From the IMG/VR virus record IMGVR_UViG_3300037461_000951, positions 47,067 to 111,066 of that record: a DNA stretch of 64,000 nucleotides; one strand, given 5' to 3'. Under the pieces are notes generated by a model, which saw nothing but the letters and a program-made list of their open reading frames with translations, was not told the origin of the DNA and ran no database searches. Within the stretch, counting starts at the first letter, position 1; every line of letters begins with the position of its first letter. Below are positions 7,809-16,834 of the stretch, piece after piece. This stretch comes from a virus. Position numbers and translations under genes: made by a program.

Positions 7809-8719
7809 TCACCTTTTTTGTCGATGTAGTACATATTGTTGATGATTTCTTTCAGCTCAAGATTTAAATCTTTTTTCCATTCTATTTGCATGTGACAACT
7901 TATGCAAAGAGTTACTAAGTTTTGTGGTTGATTTAAAACGTTTAAATCTTCACCACTTCGTATTGGAATTAAGTGGTGAACGTGTAAAATTTTTTCTGAT
8001 TCTTGACACAGTAAACACTGATTGTTATCTCTTTCTTTTATTTCTTTACTTAATTCAGTCCAAAAAATACCTCTACTTCTTTTTATACTGTCATTCCATC
8101 GATAGTGTTCTTCTTTATGTTTTATCCAAGGTAATTTTGTAAGATCGTTTCCGTAATTATTTTTGAGCGTTTGTAACGCTTTTTCAGATCTATTTTTTAT
8201 AAAGATAGGATCTGCATATTTTGCAGACATTATTGCTGTGTATTTCTCTTTTACTTTTTGATCATGCATTGGATTATTTTCTCCAGTGCGACGTTCATAG
8301 TTACCACCAGGTAATCGTTGTGCTTCGTGTCCTTTTTCAAGGAATTCTTTAAAAAGTTCTGGATTTTTTTCCCACCGTTTTTTAGTTTGTAAGCCACCTA
8401 ATCTACCGCAAGCAGCCATTTTAGCACGATGCTCGTCAGTATCTGGCCCCCAAGTAGGTCTGTTTTCTCTACGAGTTTGTACTGCTTTAGCTTTTAATTC
8501 TGGTACTTGACTAGCATTGGTAATATTCTCACCATATTTACGTTGGAAAGTTAATTTACTCTTTTCAGTAGCTTGAGATCTATCTCGATTTCTTTGAAAT
8601 TGTTTTAATTTCTCAGTACGCATGTGGTGTCCTCTTGCGTAAAGAGCATTTGGTTTTTTCACCAGTTGTAAACAACCACAGTGACAAAACGGAATCGATT
8701 TTCGAATGACCTTTGCCAT
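7805..8719 (-). CDS. HNH homing endonuclease
   Basis: RDNNQCLLC...LHVHHLIP...NQPQNLVTLCISCH; N-terminal CHCGC..GHH and KYG-type DNA-binding repeats. Confidence 0.85.
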   Translation of the reverse strand: MAKVIRKSIPFCHCGCLQLVKKPNALYARGHHMRTEKLKQFQRNRDRSQATEKSKLTFQRKYGENITNASQVPELKAKAVQTRRENRPTWGPDTDEHRAKMAACGRLGGLQTKKRWEKNPELFKEFLEKGHEAQRLPGGNYERRTGENNPMHDQKVKEKYTAIMSAKYADPIFIKNRSEKALQTLKNNYGNDLTKLPWIKHKEEHYRWNDSIKRSRGIFWTELSKEIKERDNNQCLLCQESEKILHVHHLIPIRSGEDLNVLNQPQNLVTLCISCHMQIEWKKDLNLELKEIINNMYYIDKKGE

Positions 8720-8746
8720 GTTACGTTTCCATGTGGGTTTTCCAGT

Positions 8747-9073
8747 TTAACCACCAGGATATGGTGTGTGGTGATTAGTAAAATCTAAATATTGGTAGAT
8801 ATTTAACCATATTTTTTGAATATTTGTTGAACCGTCATATTGGTATGGAAAATAGATTGCTTGATCATCTTTTGCAATGAATCGGGGACACGAAGGACTA
8901 CCAAAACCATCGTCAAATTCTTGATGAAGAATTGGATGGTTGTTGTTAATGATTTCCGCGTTTATTGGATCATACCATCCGGGCGCTTCATTCTTTTCAA
9001 CAGCTTGAAAAATTATTACACCTGATGAAAAATCAAAGTCTAGTTCAGTAAGCCAGTCATAAATAGTAGCCAT
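8747..9073 (-). CDS. Hypothetical protein
   Basis: 108 aa ORF, operon packing. Confidence 0.65.
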   Translation of the reverse strand: MATIYDWLTELDFDFSSGVIIFQAVEKNEAPGWYDPINAEIINNNHPILHQEFDDGFGSPSCPRFIAKDDQAIYFPYQYDGSTNIQKIWLNIYQYLDFTNHHTPYPGG

Positions 9074-9076
9074 GTA

Positions 9077-9307
9077 TTAATCCTCATCATCTTCTTCAAA
9101 TTGATCTTCTTCAAATTGATCTGCTGCCCAAATATCTAACACTTCGTTGTTAAAAAATTCAGACATACATTCATATACTCCTGGGATGCTCATAAAACTG
9201 TAGTGATCATCTGTTAGATATTTATATACAAGATCAGTTAAAATTTCATCAAACTCTTCATTTGTCATTTCACTGTAGTCTACACTATCAGTATCAATGG
9301 GTAACAT
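9077..9307 (-). CDS. Small acidic hypothetical protein
   Basis: Very acidic; resembles the small protein near 45438-45638. Confidence 0.6.
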   Translation of the reverse strand: MLPIDTDSVDYSEMTNEEFDEILTDLVYKYLTDDHYSFMSIPGVYECMSEFFNNEVLDIWAADQFEEDQFEEDDED

Positions 9308-9590
9308 CTGTATGTATTCCAGTGGTTGTGGGTTGCTAAAGCATGGTCAGTTTAACATATATCAAAGTTATGGTCAAATCGTTTTATTCAGGTATGTGAA
9401 TATAATAGCGATGACATATTATAGGTTCTGTAATGAAAAAGTTTATGTTGATTTTGTTATATATCATGATTGTTTGTGTTCTTATATATGGGGCATATTG
9501 GTTGAATAAGAATGGATCTTATTTTTTATGGTATGAGGATATGGTAAAAGACACCATTCGTGGAATGGTAAAAGCAGAGGCATTGAAAAA

Positions 9591-9619
9591 TTGATATGTG
9601 TTTTATTCAGGTATATCAT
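9591..9619 (+). promoter_or_regulatory. Sigma70-type promoter
   Basis: TTGATA-17 bp-TATCAT, 28 nt upstream of ATG 9648. Confidence 0.6.
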
Positions 9620-9647
9620 AGCTCAATCCATCGTTGGAGTTATCGTG

Positions 9648-10418
9648 ATGAAGATACTACATGAGTTGTTAGCGACTGAAAAGAACTTCACTTCGCAAGT
9701 GAACAAGTTGCAGTTGGAGACTTTGCAAAAGTTTGATAAAGATCATTATTTTAAGGGCTATATCAAAACTTTAAAAATGCTTAAAGATGCTCCGAATAAC
9801 GAAGAATTGGAGCTTGCGGGGAGTGAAAAGAAAGAATTAGTAACGACGGTTAAGCAGACGTTAGAATATTTGCTGACGTTCTGGATCAATGCTGAAGATT
9901 TGCAAGCTACGAAGAATGTGACGAATCAACGAGCCGTGGCAAATGTGGAGATCAATGGAAAGACTTTGTTGACAAATCTTCCCGTGGATGAGTTGATGGG
10001 TTTGGAATCACGGTTGTTAGATTTGCGGAAAGTTTTTGAAAAAATGCCAACTTTAGATGCGTCAAAGACCTGGATTCCGTCCTCGGTCAGTGATGGGGCT
10101 TGGGAGGCGGCAACAGTCGATGTCACAGTTAAAACTGAAAAGGTTTTGACTCCAGTAGTGTTGTATGAAGCCACCAAGGAACACCCGGCGCAGGTGAAAG
10201 AAGTTTCTAAAGATGAAGTGGTGGGAACGTTTACCACGAAACATTTTTCAGGCGCTTCAACCTCGTTGCAAAAAGCGCAGTGTTTAGAGCGTTTGGACGT
10301 GTTGTTGGTGGAAATTAAAAGAGCTAGAATGCGGGCGAATACGGTAGCGATTCAATCCGTTTCTGTGGGTCAGTCGATTGTGGATTTTATTACGTCCGGC
10401 ACGATAGCTCAGGTATAA
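9648..10418 (+). CDS. Conserved protein of unknown function (HPAQV-motif family, recalled as DUF7873-like)
   Basis: GGAG RBS and ATG 9648; motifs LHELLATEK, ATKNVTNQRAVANV, LP.DEL..LE, PTLD...W, EATKEHPAQV, FSGA, KRARMRAN. Confidence 0.85.
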   Translation: MKILHELLATEKNFTSQVNKLQLETLQKFDKDHYFKGYIKTLKMLKDAPNNEELELAGSEKKELVTTVKQTLEYLLTFWINAEDLQATKNVTNQRAVANVEINGKTLLTNLPVDELMGLESRLLDLRKVFEKMPTLDASKTWIPSSVSDGAWEAATVDVTVKTEKVLTPVVLYEATKEHPAQVKEVSKDEVVGTFTTKHFSGASTSLQKAQCLERLDVLLVEIKRARMRANTVAIQSVSVGQSIVDFITSGTIAQV

Positions 10419-10423
10419 TTTGA

Positions 10424-10633
10424 ATGTAGTGCAGTGTTATCGTTGTAGTGAGTGTTGAGCATCCACCACGGTATGGGTGGCGAAGGCTACATACTTGAAA
10501 GTTCGAATCTTTCCTCGCTCACTGAATGTTTGAAGCTTTCGAATATTCAGTGAGCGAGTGCCGGAATTGGTAGACGGGTGGAAACCGTGTTACGGAATGG
10601 ATGTGTGTTGGTGGTTATCGTGTTTCACTACAT
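10424..10633 (+). ncRNA. Permuted tRNA-like ncRNA A (class II-like)
   Basis: Closing stem ATGTAGTG/CACTACAT; variable-arm-like hairpin 10471-10494; T arm GAAAG-TTCGAAT-CTTTC (10497-10513); ~21-bp closed acceptor hairpin (10514-10558); D arm CCG-GAATTGGTAGA-CGG (10561-10577). Confidence 0.8.
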
Positions 10634-10647
10634 GCGTTGTTTTAAAG

Positions 10648-10813
10648 ATGTATGAAAGAATCTTGGGTTATTGACTGTGAAAGAGTTGGTTCGACTCCAA
10701 CACTCCTCGCCCAATGATACTGGGAGTTGAGTATCATTCGGGAGGAGTGCGTATGCTGGTTGAGTACATCACAAATGTCGATATTGAAATAACAGCAAGT
10801 GAATTTCATGCAT
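10648..10813 (+). ncRNA. Permuted tRNA-like ncRNA B
   Basis: Closing stem ATGTATGAAA/TTTCATGCAT; long interrupted stalk; T arm GTTGG-TTCGACT-CCAAC (10685-10701); acceptor ACTCCTC/GAGGAGT extended by AATGATACT/AGTATCATT; D arm GTAT-GCTGGTTGA-GTAC. Confidence 0.75.
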
Positions 10814-10835
10814 GTGACCAATAAGATCACAATGG

Positions 10836-10872
10836 GCCGTCAATATTTGGCTATAATGTTGACGGCTTTCTT
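10836..10872 (+). terminator. Intrinsic terminator closing the protein-ncRNA unit
   Basis: GCCGTCAATATT...AATGTTGACGGC followed by TTTCTT. Confidence 0.65.
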
Positions 10873-10939
10873 CTATTGACAGTTGATCCTGTATGCGCTA
10901 TGTTATTCATAAATGTCATACACACTTGAAGATTAAATC

Positions 10940-11146
10940 ATGACGAAAGATGAGTGGATTGCCAGGCGTCAAGAAAACTCTGAATTTACCTGGGATGAAA
11001 TTTTAGCATCGGGTTATGATGCCATGCCTTGTTCTTGTCAATTGAAAGGTTGTTTAGGTTGGAAGTTGCTCAAAGTGCAAAATTCTTTTATTCCAGTCAA
11101 GAAAAAAGTGAGTTTGGTCAGTCAAACTCCACCAGAGGCGGCTTAG
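10940..11146 (+). CDS. Small Cys-containing hypothetical protein
   Basis: PCSCQLKGCLGW motif; upstream TTGACA promoter-like sequence. Confidence 0.6.
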   Translation: MTKDEWIARRQENSEFTWDEILASGYDAMPCSCQLKGCLGWKLLKVQNSFIPVKKKVSLVSQTPPEAA

Positions 11147-11156
11147 GAGATTTTCA

Positions 11157-11435
11157 ATGTTGGTCAGATGTAAAAAATGTGGATGGATACACATGGGGTT
11201 ATCGATAGGATCAGCCGAAGAATGCATTCGTGAATTTAATTCGATGTACGTGCAATTGACCAATGAGCAGCAAGCGGATTATTATAATTCTAATCCTGCA
11301 CGATTAAAAGATTATCAACACTGTCATCGGTGTAATGAAAATTACAAACAGATGGAAGTGATTGCTTTTAATGATGTAAGAGCTGGTAAAATTAGTGGAC
11401 GAACTTTGCAATCGGTGTTATTACCTAATGAGTGA
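11157..11435 (+). CDS. Small zinc-ribbon protein
   Basis: CKKC..H and CHRC pairs; AGGAG RBS. Confidence 0.65.
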   Translation: MLVRCKKCGWIHMGLSIGSAEECIREFNSMYVQLTNEQQADYYNSNPARLKDYQHCHRCNENYKQMEVIAFNDVRAGKISGRTLQSVLLPNE

Positions 11436-11634
11436 CTTAGTTTTGATGCAGTGCATAGAGTGTGGTTGGTTGCATGAAGCGATTTACCCATCATTGGATT
11501 TTAAGGATGAGCATAAATATTTACACTGCCATAATTGTTATGGGGATTATTTAAATTTTGAACCCGTAAAAGATTTAAGTTTAGTCAATTTGAAGCGGTA
11601 TAAAGCGGGTGTTAAGATTTTGGTAGATTATTAG
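11428..11634 (+). CDS. Small zinc-ribbon protein (paralogue of preceding gene)
   Basis: CIECGWLH...CHNC mirrors CKKCGWIH...CHRC. Confidence 0.6.
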   Translation: MSDLVLMQCIECGWLHEAIYPSLDFKDEHKYLHCHNCYGDYLNFEPVKDLSLVNLKRYKAGVKILVDY

Positions 11635-11652
11635 CTGTTGGTATGGTAGAGT

Positions 11653-11680
11653 AAAAACCCGGATTAAACCGGGTTTTTTA
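11653..11680. terminator. Bidirectional terminator
   Basis: AAAAACCCGG-ATTAAA-CCGGGTTTTTT between convergent genes. Confidence 0.75.
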
Positions 11681-11681
11681 A

Positions 11682-12434
11682 TTATGTATGTTTTTCTTCT
11701 TTTGTCATTAAAAAGATAGCTTTTGGATCGGAGTATTTTTCTTTTAATTTTAGATTTTTTTCAGGTGAGAGTGTTTTTGTATCAAAGTAAATTTTCTTAT
11801 CAAGATCAAAGCATTCATTATATATGAAATGGTCTATCCAATTATTGTAGTCTGTTTCAGAGAAAATGTTAACGTTGATCCGTTTATCGTAACCTACACT
11901 GGGAGGTTGGTATATAATGCTTTTTGTTTTAGGTTTAACGTGATTTCTAGCAAAATATAAATTATTAATTCTTCTACTTAAACTGGATAGAATACCTCCA
12001 CTTTTAACGAGTTTTTTGTCTAGCATTATTTTTGTTATTAATGTATAAAAATCAATGATTTCACCGTTATCAATTTTTGTAGTGAGTGTTTTTAATCTTT
12101 CAACAATAGAAAAATAAGGTTCTTGATATTTTTCAAGATCTGTTTTGGGTGGTACTATGGGTTGTTGTGGATCTTCTTTTTTAATGGGAGGTGTGATGGC
12201 ATGTGTTTCGTTTTTTAATTCTGTGTTGTTAAGGATTCTGGTTTTTAGGGGTGTTCTAAATGGAATTCCAGTAGCTTTGAGAGCTTGTTCAAATTGCTCT
12301 TGAACATTATTTCGTAATTGAATTTTGTGGGTATTCCAGTACACTGTATCGTTGATTGCTACAAATTTTAGATATTGTAAGTAATGAACGACGTGGTCTA
12401 ATTTGAAATAAAAATCTTCGTTAAAGTCTTGCAT
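11682..12434 (-). CDS. Hypothetical protein
   Basis: 250 aa ORF, AAGGTG RBS. Confidence 0.65.
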   Translation of the reverse strand: MQDFNEDFYFKLDHVVHYLQYLKFVAINDTVYWNTHKIQLRNNVQEQFEQALKATGIPFRTPLKTRILNNTELKNETHAITPPIKKEDPQQPIVPPKTDLEKYQEPYFSIVERLKTLTTKIDNGEIIDFYTLITKIMLDKKLVKSGGILSSLSRRINNLYFARNHVKPKTKSIIYQPPSVGYDKRINVNIFSETDYNNWIDHFIYNECFDLDKKIYFDTKTLSPEKNLKLKEKYSDPKAIFLMTKEEKHT

Positions 12435-12450
12435 GTGTCACCTTAATTTA

Positions 12451-12783
12451 TTACAGTTGTTTTAAAATGTAAGAGAGTGCTTCAAACTCTGGGTTAAAGA
12501 GTTTGGTGGGAATCACTGCACTGCTGATGAGTACAAAAATGATAATGCCAATGATAAGAGTAATACATCCAATTCTTTTCATTTCTGCATCTGTATTTGC
12601 TAGTTCTTTATTTTTGGTATGAGGAATTAACTTGATAGCGATTAAGATAAAAATAAAGTCAAGAATTAAAATAGTAATTCCTTCAATATAAGCTTGTTTG
12701 ATAAGAGCAGCCCATAAATATTCTGTAGTGACATTGAGTTTTTGGGCTAGTGCTTGTAGCAATTCTAAAGTTTTGTCATTCAT
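12451..12783 (-). CDS. Membrane protein
   Basis: Two TM segments; LAQKL.VT.EYLW..L.KQA...NPE..AL pattern recalled from phage proteins. Confidence 0.7.
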   Translation of the reverse strand: MNDKTLELLQALAQKLNVTTEYLWAALIKQAYIEGITILILDFIFILIAIKLIPHTKNKELANTDAEMKRIGCITLIIGIIIFVLISSAVIPTKLFNPEFEALSYILKQL

Positions 12784-13125
12784 TTAAAGTTCTCCAGAAG
12801 TTATTCCAAGATTCATTGAATCTGCTGATAAGCAAAGTGCTTTGTATTGATCATGTTTTTCTTTAGCGATTTTAATTTTATTTAAGTCTCCTGTTTTTTC
12901 TGCATTACTGAGTTCTTTAGCGAGTTTGATTAAAACTCGAAAATTAGTCACAATTCTAATCATTAAAGTTCTTAAGTAGGTGTTTAAATAGGTTTATATT
13001 TTTCTACTTTGTCCACATTACAATGTGGACAATAATAATGAATACCTTCGTTGGTTTCGATAAAGTATCTCCATTGATGCTTTCCTGATAATTTACAAAA
13101 AAGAATTTTGATGTAGTTATACACA

Positions 13126-13974
13126 TTAATCTCCATAAAGAATTTTGGCGATAGCAAGTTCTGCACAGATTGTTTTTCCTGAACTGGTTGCGGTGCCTAA
13201 AATTAAATTACAATCTTTATTCCAAACATTGGAATGATATACTGTGGTTTGCACATGATTAAATTCTTTAAATGGGTAGCGAATAAAAGGCCACTGTTCG
13301 GTGGGAACACACACTTGTTCGGTGTCGATGTCCCAATTTTTGAAGTTAGAGTTTTTTGGAAAAGTGGTATGAGATTTAATAGCTAATGTTTCAATTTTAC
13401 GTTCAATCTCGGGTGGTACTGCCGACATTTGGTAGTTTTGATCTTTAAATGGATTCTCTTTTAATGGATAATTTCTAAAAGCGTTTTCCATTTTATTGAA
13501 ACCGCTTTTACTGCATTGTCCAAAGATCGAACAACCATAAAAAACGGCTCCATCAGATTGACGTGTGCGTTTTACCGTGTGTACCCGATTCTGAACACAT
13601 TTACAAAAGCGATTTTGTTGTTGCATCAAATCTACGACCTTGTTCATGTGATTCACTCGGTCGGTTAAACGCTCTTGTACGGTAGTATCACCTTCTACTC
13701 GTAAAATTTTACTTTCTTGATAACAAATTTTACCGGCAAAGCGATCCCATAAAATGATACGAATAGCATCTTCTCCAACACTTCGAGTGAGTCCTTCTCG
13801 TTCTTCAACGGTCGTATAAATATGACATTCTAATCCATGGACCGGGTAACGATGGCAAATAACCAATTCTGTGCCACGGGTGGGCGTACTGATATGGTAG
13901 TCGTTGGGTCCGAAATAATGGTCAGCCCAAGCAGTAAAATCTTGTTTGGTTAAAGTAACGAATTCTTTGCTCAT
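13126..13974 (-). CDS. N-terminal part of split helicase (Zn-ribbon, Q motif, Walker A)
   Basis: C4 ribbon FCKC...FYGCSIFGQC; ends YPFKEFNHVQ...NLILGTATSSGKTICAELAIAKILYGD-stop. Confidence 0.85.
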   Translation of the reverse strand: MSKEFVTLTKQDFTAWADHYFGPNDYHISTPTRGTELVICHRYPVHGLECHIYTTVEEREGLTRSVGEDAIRIILWDRFAGKICYQESKILRVEGDTTVQERLTDRVNHMNKVVDLMQQQNRFCKCVQNRVHTVKRTRQSDGAVFYGCSIFGQCSKSGFNKMENAFRNYPLKENPFKDQNYQMSAVPPEIERKIETLAIKSHTTFPKNSNFKNWDIDTEQVCVPTEQWPFIRYPFKEFNHVQTTVYHSNVWNKDCNLILGTATSSGKTICAELAIAKILYGD

Positions 13975-14039
13975 GGTATGTTCATGTGGTGGTGTGGGTA
14001 AATGCAGTATAGCATATATTAATATGATAGTGCAAGTGT

Positions 14040-14561
14040 TTACTCTTTATTAACAAAGAATTTTTTATAAGCGGACAAGATGGCTGCTTTGGCAGCGTAA
14101 TCTACTGGATCTCCAGATTTAACGGGCATTAAACTGAGACTCGCTTTAAAATAACGAACTAGATGTTGCCAAATTTCATCGTTGTCATTAATAAATATCC
14201 ATCGTTTGGATGCAACGAAGATGTGGTTATTTTTTGGATCTTTAATGTTAAAAAATCCCATGAAGCGACAGTCAAAGGTTCGACAAACGGTGGGGACACG
14301 ATCATGGATGGAACAACCTTGTGGAACTAAATAAGTACACTCTCCATTGGGTTTGTGTTTTAAATGATATCTGTTTTCTGATTTTGAAAATTTGGTTTTA
14401 AAGTTGAGTTTGATTTCATGAGGATAGAGTTGTGCGTTGACAAATCCAGTACAACACGCATGACATTCTCCACATGGAACAGCAATTCCTTTTTCTTGGC
14501 CTTCTCCAGTATCTTTTACCCATTGAGATACATAAACATTGACTTTAGTTAATTCTTTCAT
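14040..14561 (-). CDS. YkgJ-family CxxCxxCC cysteine-cluster protein
   Basis: CGECHACC...CTYL...CSIHDRVPTVCRTFDC. Confidence 0.85.
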   Translation of the reverse strand: MKELTKVNVYVSQWVKDTGEGQEKGIAVPCGECHACCTGFVNAQLYPHEIKLNFKTKFSKSENRYHLKHKPNGECTYLVPQGCSIHDRVPTVCRTFDCRFMGFFNIKDPKNNHIFVASKRWIFINDNDEIWQHLVRYFKASLSLMPVKSGDPVDYAAKAAILSAYKKFFVNKE

Positions 14562-14620
14562 GGCGATGATTCACAAAAAGGTTTTAAGAATAAAGCCCGG
14601 AGAGTATCCGGGCTTGGTGA

Positions 14621-14947
14621 TTATTTCAGTTCCAGAATTAAATCTTCAGGTTGGATGACATAACCAAACTCGCTACGTTGTTCATATCGATGTTTTTTTA
14701 CTGCGAAGTAATAAACACCTTGCGCATCATCCCCATTGATGGCTGCACGAACCATGAGTTCATCTTCATCCAAAGTGGGATCATCTACATCGCGTTCCCA
14801 ACACATCGTTTCAATGAGTTGACCTTTATTTTTTTTCAGCCAGTATAAATAATGAGCCTCTACACTGGTGGCTTTAGTGGGAAGTACAATAACATTAAGA
14901 TCTTGTTCATATTGTTCAGGAAAAAAGTGTCGTTGATTGTCGTTCAT
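14621..14947 (-). CDS. Hypothetical protein
   Basis: 108 aa, ATGA overlap with upstream gene. Confidence 0.6.
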   Translation of the reverse strand: MNDNQRHFFPEQYEQDLNVIVLPTKATSVEAHYLYWLKKNKGQLIETMCWERDVDDPTLDEDELMVRAAINGDDAQGVYYFAVKKHRYEQRSEFGYVIQPEDLILELK

Positions 14948-15363
14948 GCCTGTAAAGAGACTGCTGATTTGGTGGAAGGTTTTAGCTCTTTGAGCTTTCG
15001 CTTACTACGGAAGGTGCGATTTCCCTTAGTGGTGGTGGTGATTAAATTGAATTGTTTGGGATTGAGCCATTTTTTTAAATCTTCAATTGAAAATTGGGCC
15101 AGTTCAATAAATTTTTCAACTCCAAGTTCTTGTAATACTTTTTTATTGTCAGTCACGATGGTTTTTTCTGCGGGTGCTGTAATGAGCAATTCGAATTCTT
15201 TACCTGTTAAGTTTAAACTATCTTCTGGTAGATCTTTAATGATCGCTTCAATAATTTTTTTACAGCCGTCTTTAATTTTAGTTTGTTCCTTAATGATTTC
15301 GGAGCTACGACCGTATTGATCGATTTCAGACATGATTGCGGGTTTGACTTGAACATTTTGCAT
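14944..15363 (-). CDS. Hypothetical protein
   Basis: GGAGAATTAAC-ATG start. Confidence 0.7.
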   Translation of the reverse strand: MQNVQVKPAIMSEIDQYGRSSEIIKEQTKIKDGCKKIIEAIIKDLPEDSLNLTGKEFELLITAPAEKTIVTDNKKVLQELGVEKFIELAQFSIEDLKKWLNPKQFNLITTTTKGNRTFRSKRKLKELKPSTKSAVSLQA

Positions 15364-15531
15364 GTTAATTCTCCAGTGATTAAAGCACAACCCGGTTTTT
15401 GGGTTGACGTATTATATAGTGTATGACATGGAATGTCAAATGTCGCTCTTTAAAAAGTATTTGACATTTAAGTTCAGGTATAGTAACATATTGAAAACAT
15501 TTAATTTATTCACCTTTGAGAGGCTTTTGTC

Positions 15532-16110
15532 ATGTATCCTGCCACACACATTAGTATGCATTTTAATCAGTATTGGCGTTCAGGATTGATTGAAGTAAAA
15601 CCGATTAGAGTTGTTGATTTTAAAGAACTAGCATTATTATACGATTTAGAAGATTTTATAGAAGAAGTTGATTTACCATTACGAGCACAAAGAAATTCAG
15701 AATTTTTATTGGAAACAAGTTCATTAAAAGATGTTTTTTATTTTGCATTAATGACGGTGGTTCGACAACGAGGGGTAAATAGTAAAGATAGATGTTTTAA
15801 GAATCAAAAGTTTTTATCATTGCAGGAATTGAAAAGTAAGACGATTAGTGGACAGTTGGAAAAACGACATGTATTAGATTCATTGTATGATTTATTTATA
15901 TTTGCATATCGACGATGTTCAGGTTATTTTAAACAAGAATTGAGTTTTTTGGTGACGAATAAAGATCATTATTATTATTATCTGTGGTTGTTTAATCAAG
16001 TGTATGATCGAATTGTGTGTGGTAGGAAGCAGCTTCAAGGGGAGTTGCATACGAAGGCGTTATTGACTACTTTATTAAAGAAAGATGTTTTGCAAGCATT
16101 AAAAGAGTGA
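15532..16110 (+). CDS. Hypothetical protein
   Basis: 192 aa, GAGG RBS, followed by a hairpin terminator. Confidence 0.6.
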   Translation: MYPATHISMHFNQYWRSGLIEVKPIRVVDFKELALLYDLEDFIEEVDLPLRAQRNSEFLLETSSLKDVFYFALMTVVRQRGVNSKDRCFKNQKFLSLQELKSKTISGQLEKRHVLDSLYDLFIFAYRRCSGYFKQELSFLVTNKDHYYYYLWLFNQVYDRIVCGRKQLQGELHTKALLTTLLKKDVLQALKE

Positions 16111-16393
16111 TCAATAGTTACCCGGTGTCATTGCCGGGTTTATTTTTAAAATTATTTGTCCTATGGATTAAAATGTGCTATGGTGCTTTTTATATTATGA
16201 GGTATTGCTGTTGTGATTGATGGTAGATTACAAAAGAAGATCAGTGATGTGGTGTTAGCGTGTCGGACGTGTAAACATTTCCGAGATGATGATCTTGATT
16301 ATTTTTATTGTGTTTTACAGAAAAAAGAATTTCCGGCGTTGTGTTCTGATTATGAATATGTTTTTAAATTACCAACATTTGGGGTGGATGTAG

Positions 16394-16834
16394 ATGTATA
16401 ATCCACTAGATGATTTAGATGTCATGGCTTTGACGGTGTGGGCAGAAGCACGTGGAGAAGGCATTAAAGGACAATCCGCAGTCGCTTGGGTGATTCGTAA
16501 TCGGTGGGAACATCCTCGTTGGTGGAGTCGGCATCGAGATGGAATTCCTGATGATACGATTGAAGCAGTGTGTAAAGATCCTTGGCAATTTTCTTGTTGG
16601 AATCCCAATGATCCCAATCGTAGATTGTTAGATGATGCTAGAACATTGGAACATCCGAGCTTAAAGAATATTCGTTTAATTTGTGAGAAAGTGCTTTTGA
16701 GTGAGATTCTTGATCCAACAGATCGTGCTGATCATTATTGTACGACTAAGATTATTAAATATACAGGTTGGGCACGTGGAAGGAAGCCGGTAGCGGTTAT
16801 CGGTAATCATTCGTTTTTTAGGATTGAGCTATGA
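16394..16834 (+). CDS. SleB-family cell wall hydrolase (putative endolysin)
   Basis: ALTVWAEARGE...AVAWVIRNR...WQFSCWN...DPT..ADHY...IGNHSFF. Confidence 0.9.
   Translation: MYNPLDDLDVMALTVWAEARGEGIKGQSAVAWVIRNRWEHPRWWSRHRDGIPDDTIEAVCKDPWQFSCWNPNDPNRRLLDDARTLEHPSLKNIRLICEKVLLSEILDPTDRADHYCTTKIIKYTGWARGRKPVAVIGNHSFFRIEL

Noticed and set aside
10497-10770. tRNA-Leu or tRNA pseudogenes
   Set aside because: Permuted order with intact extended helices and closing stems argues for selected structure, not decay; no anticodon arm.
7808-13126. Group I/II intron or split intein joining the helicase halves
   Set aside because: No intein C/S start or HN end and no recognisable intron core; the gap holds many genes on both strands. 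Not fully excluded without RT-PCR.
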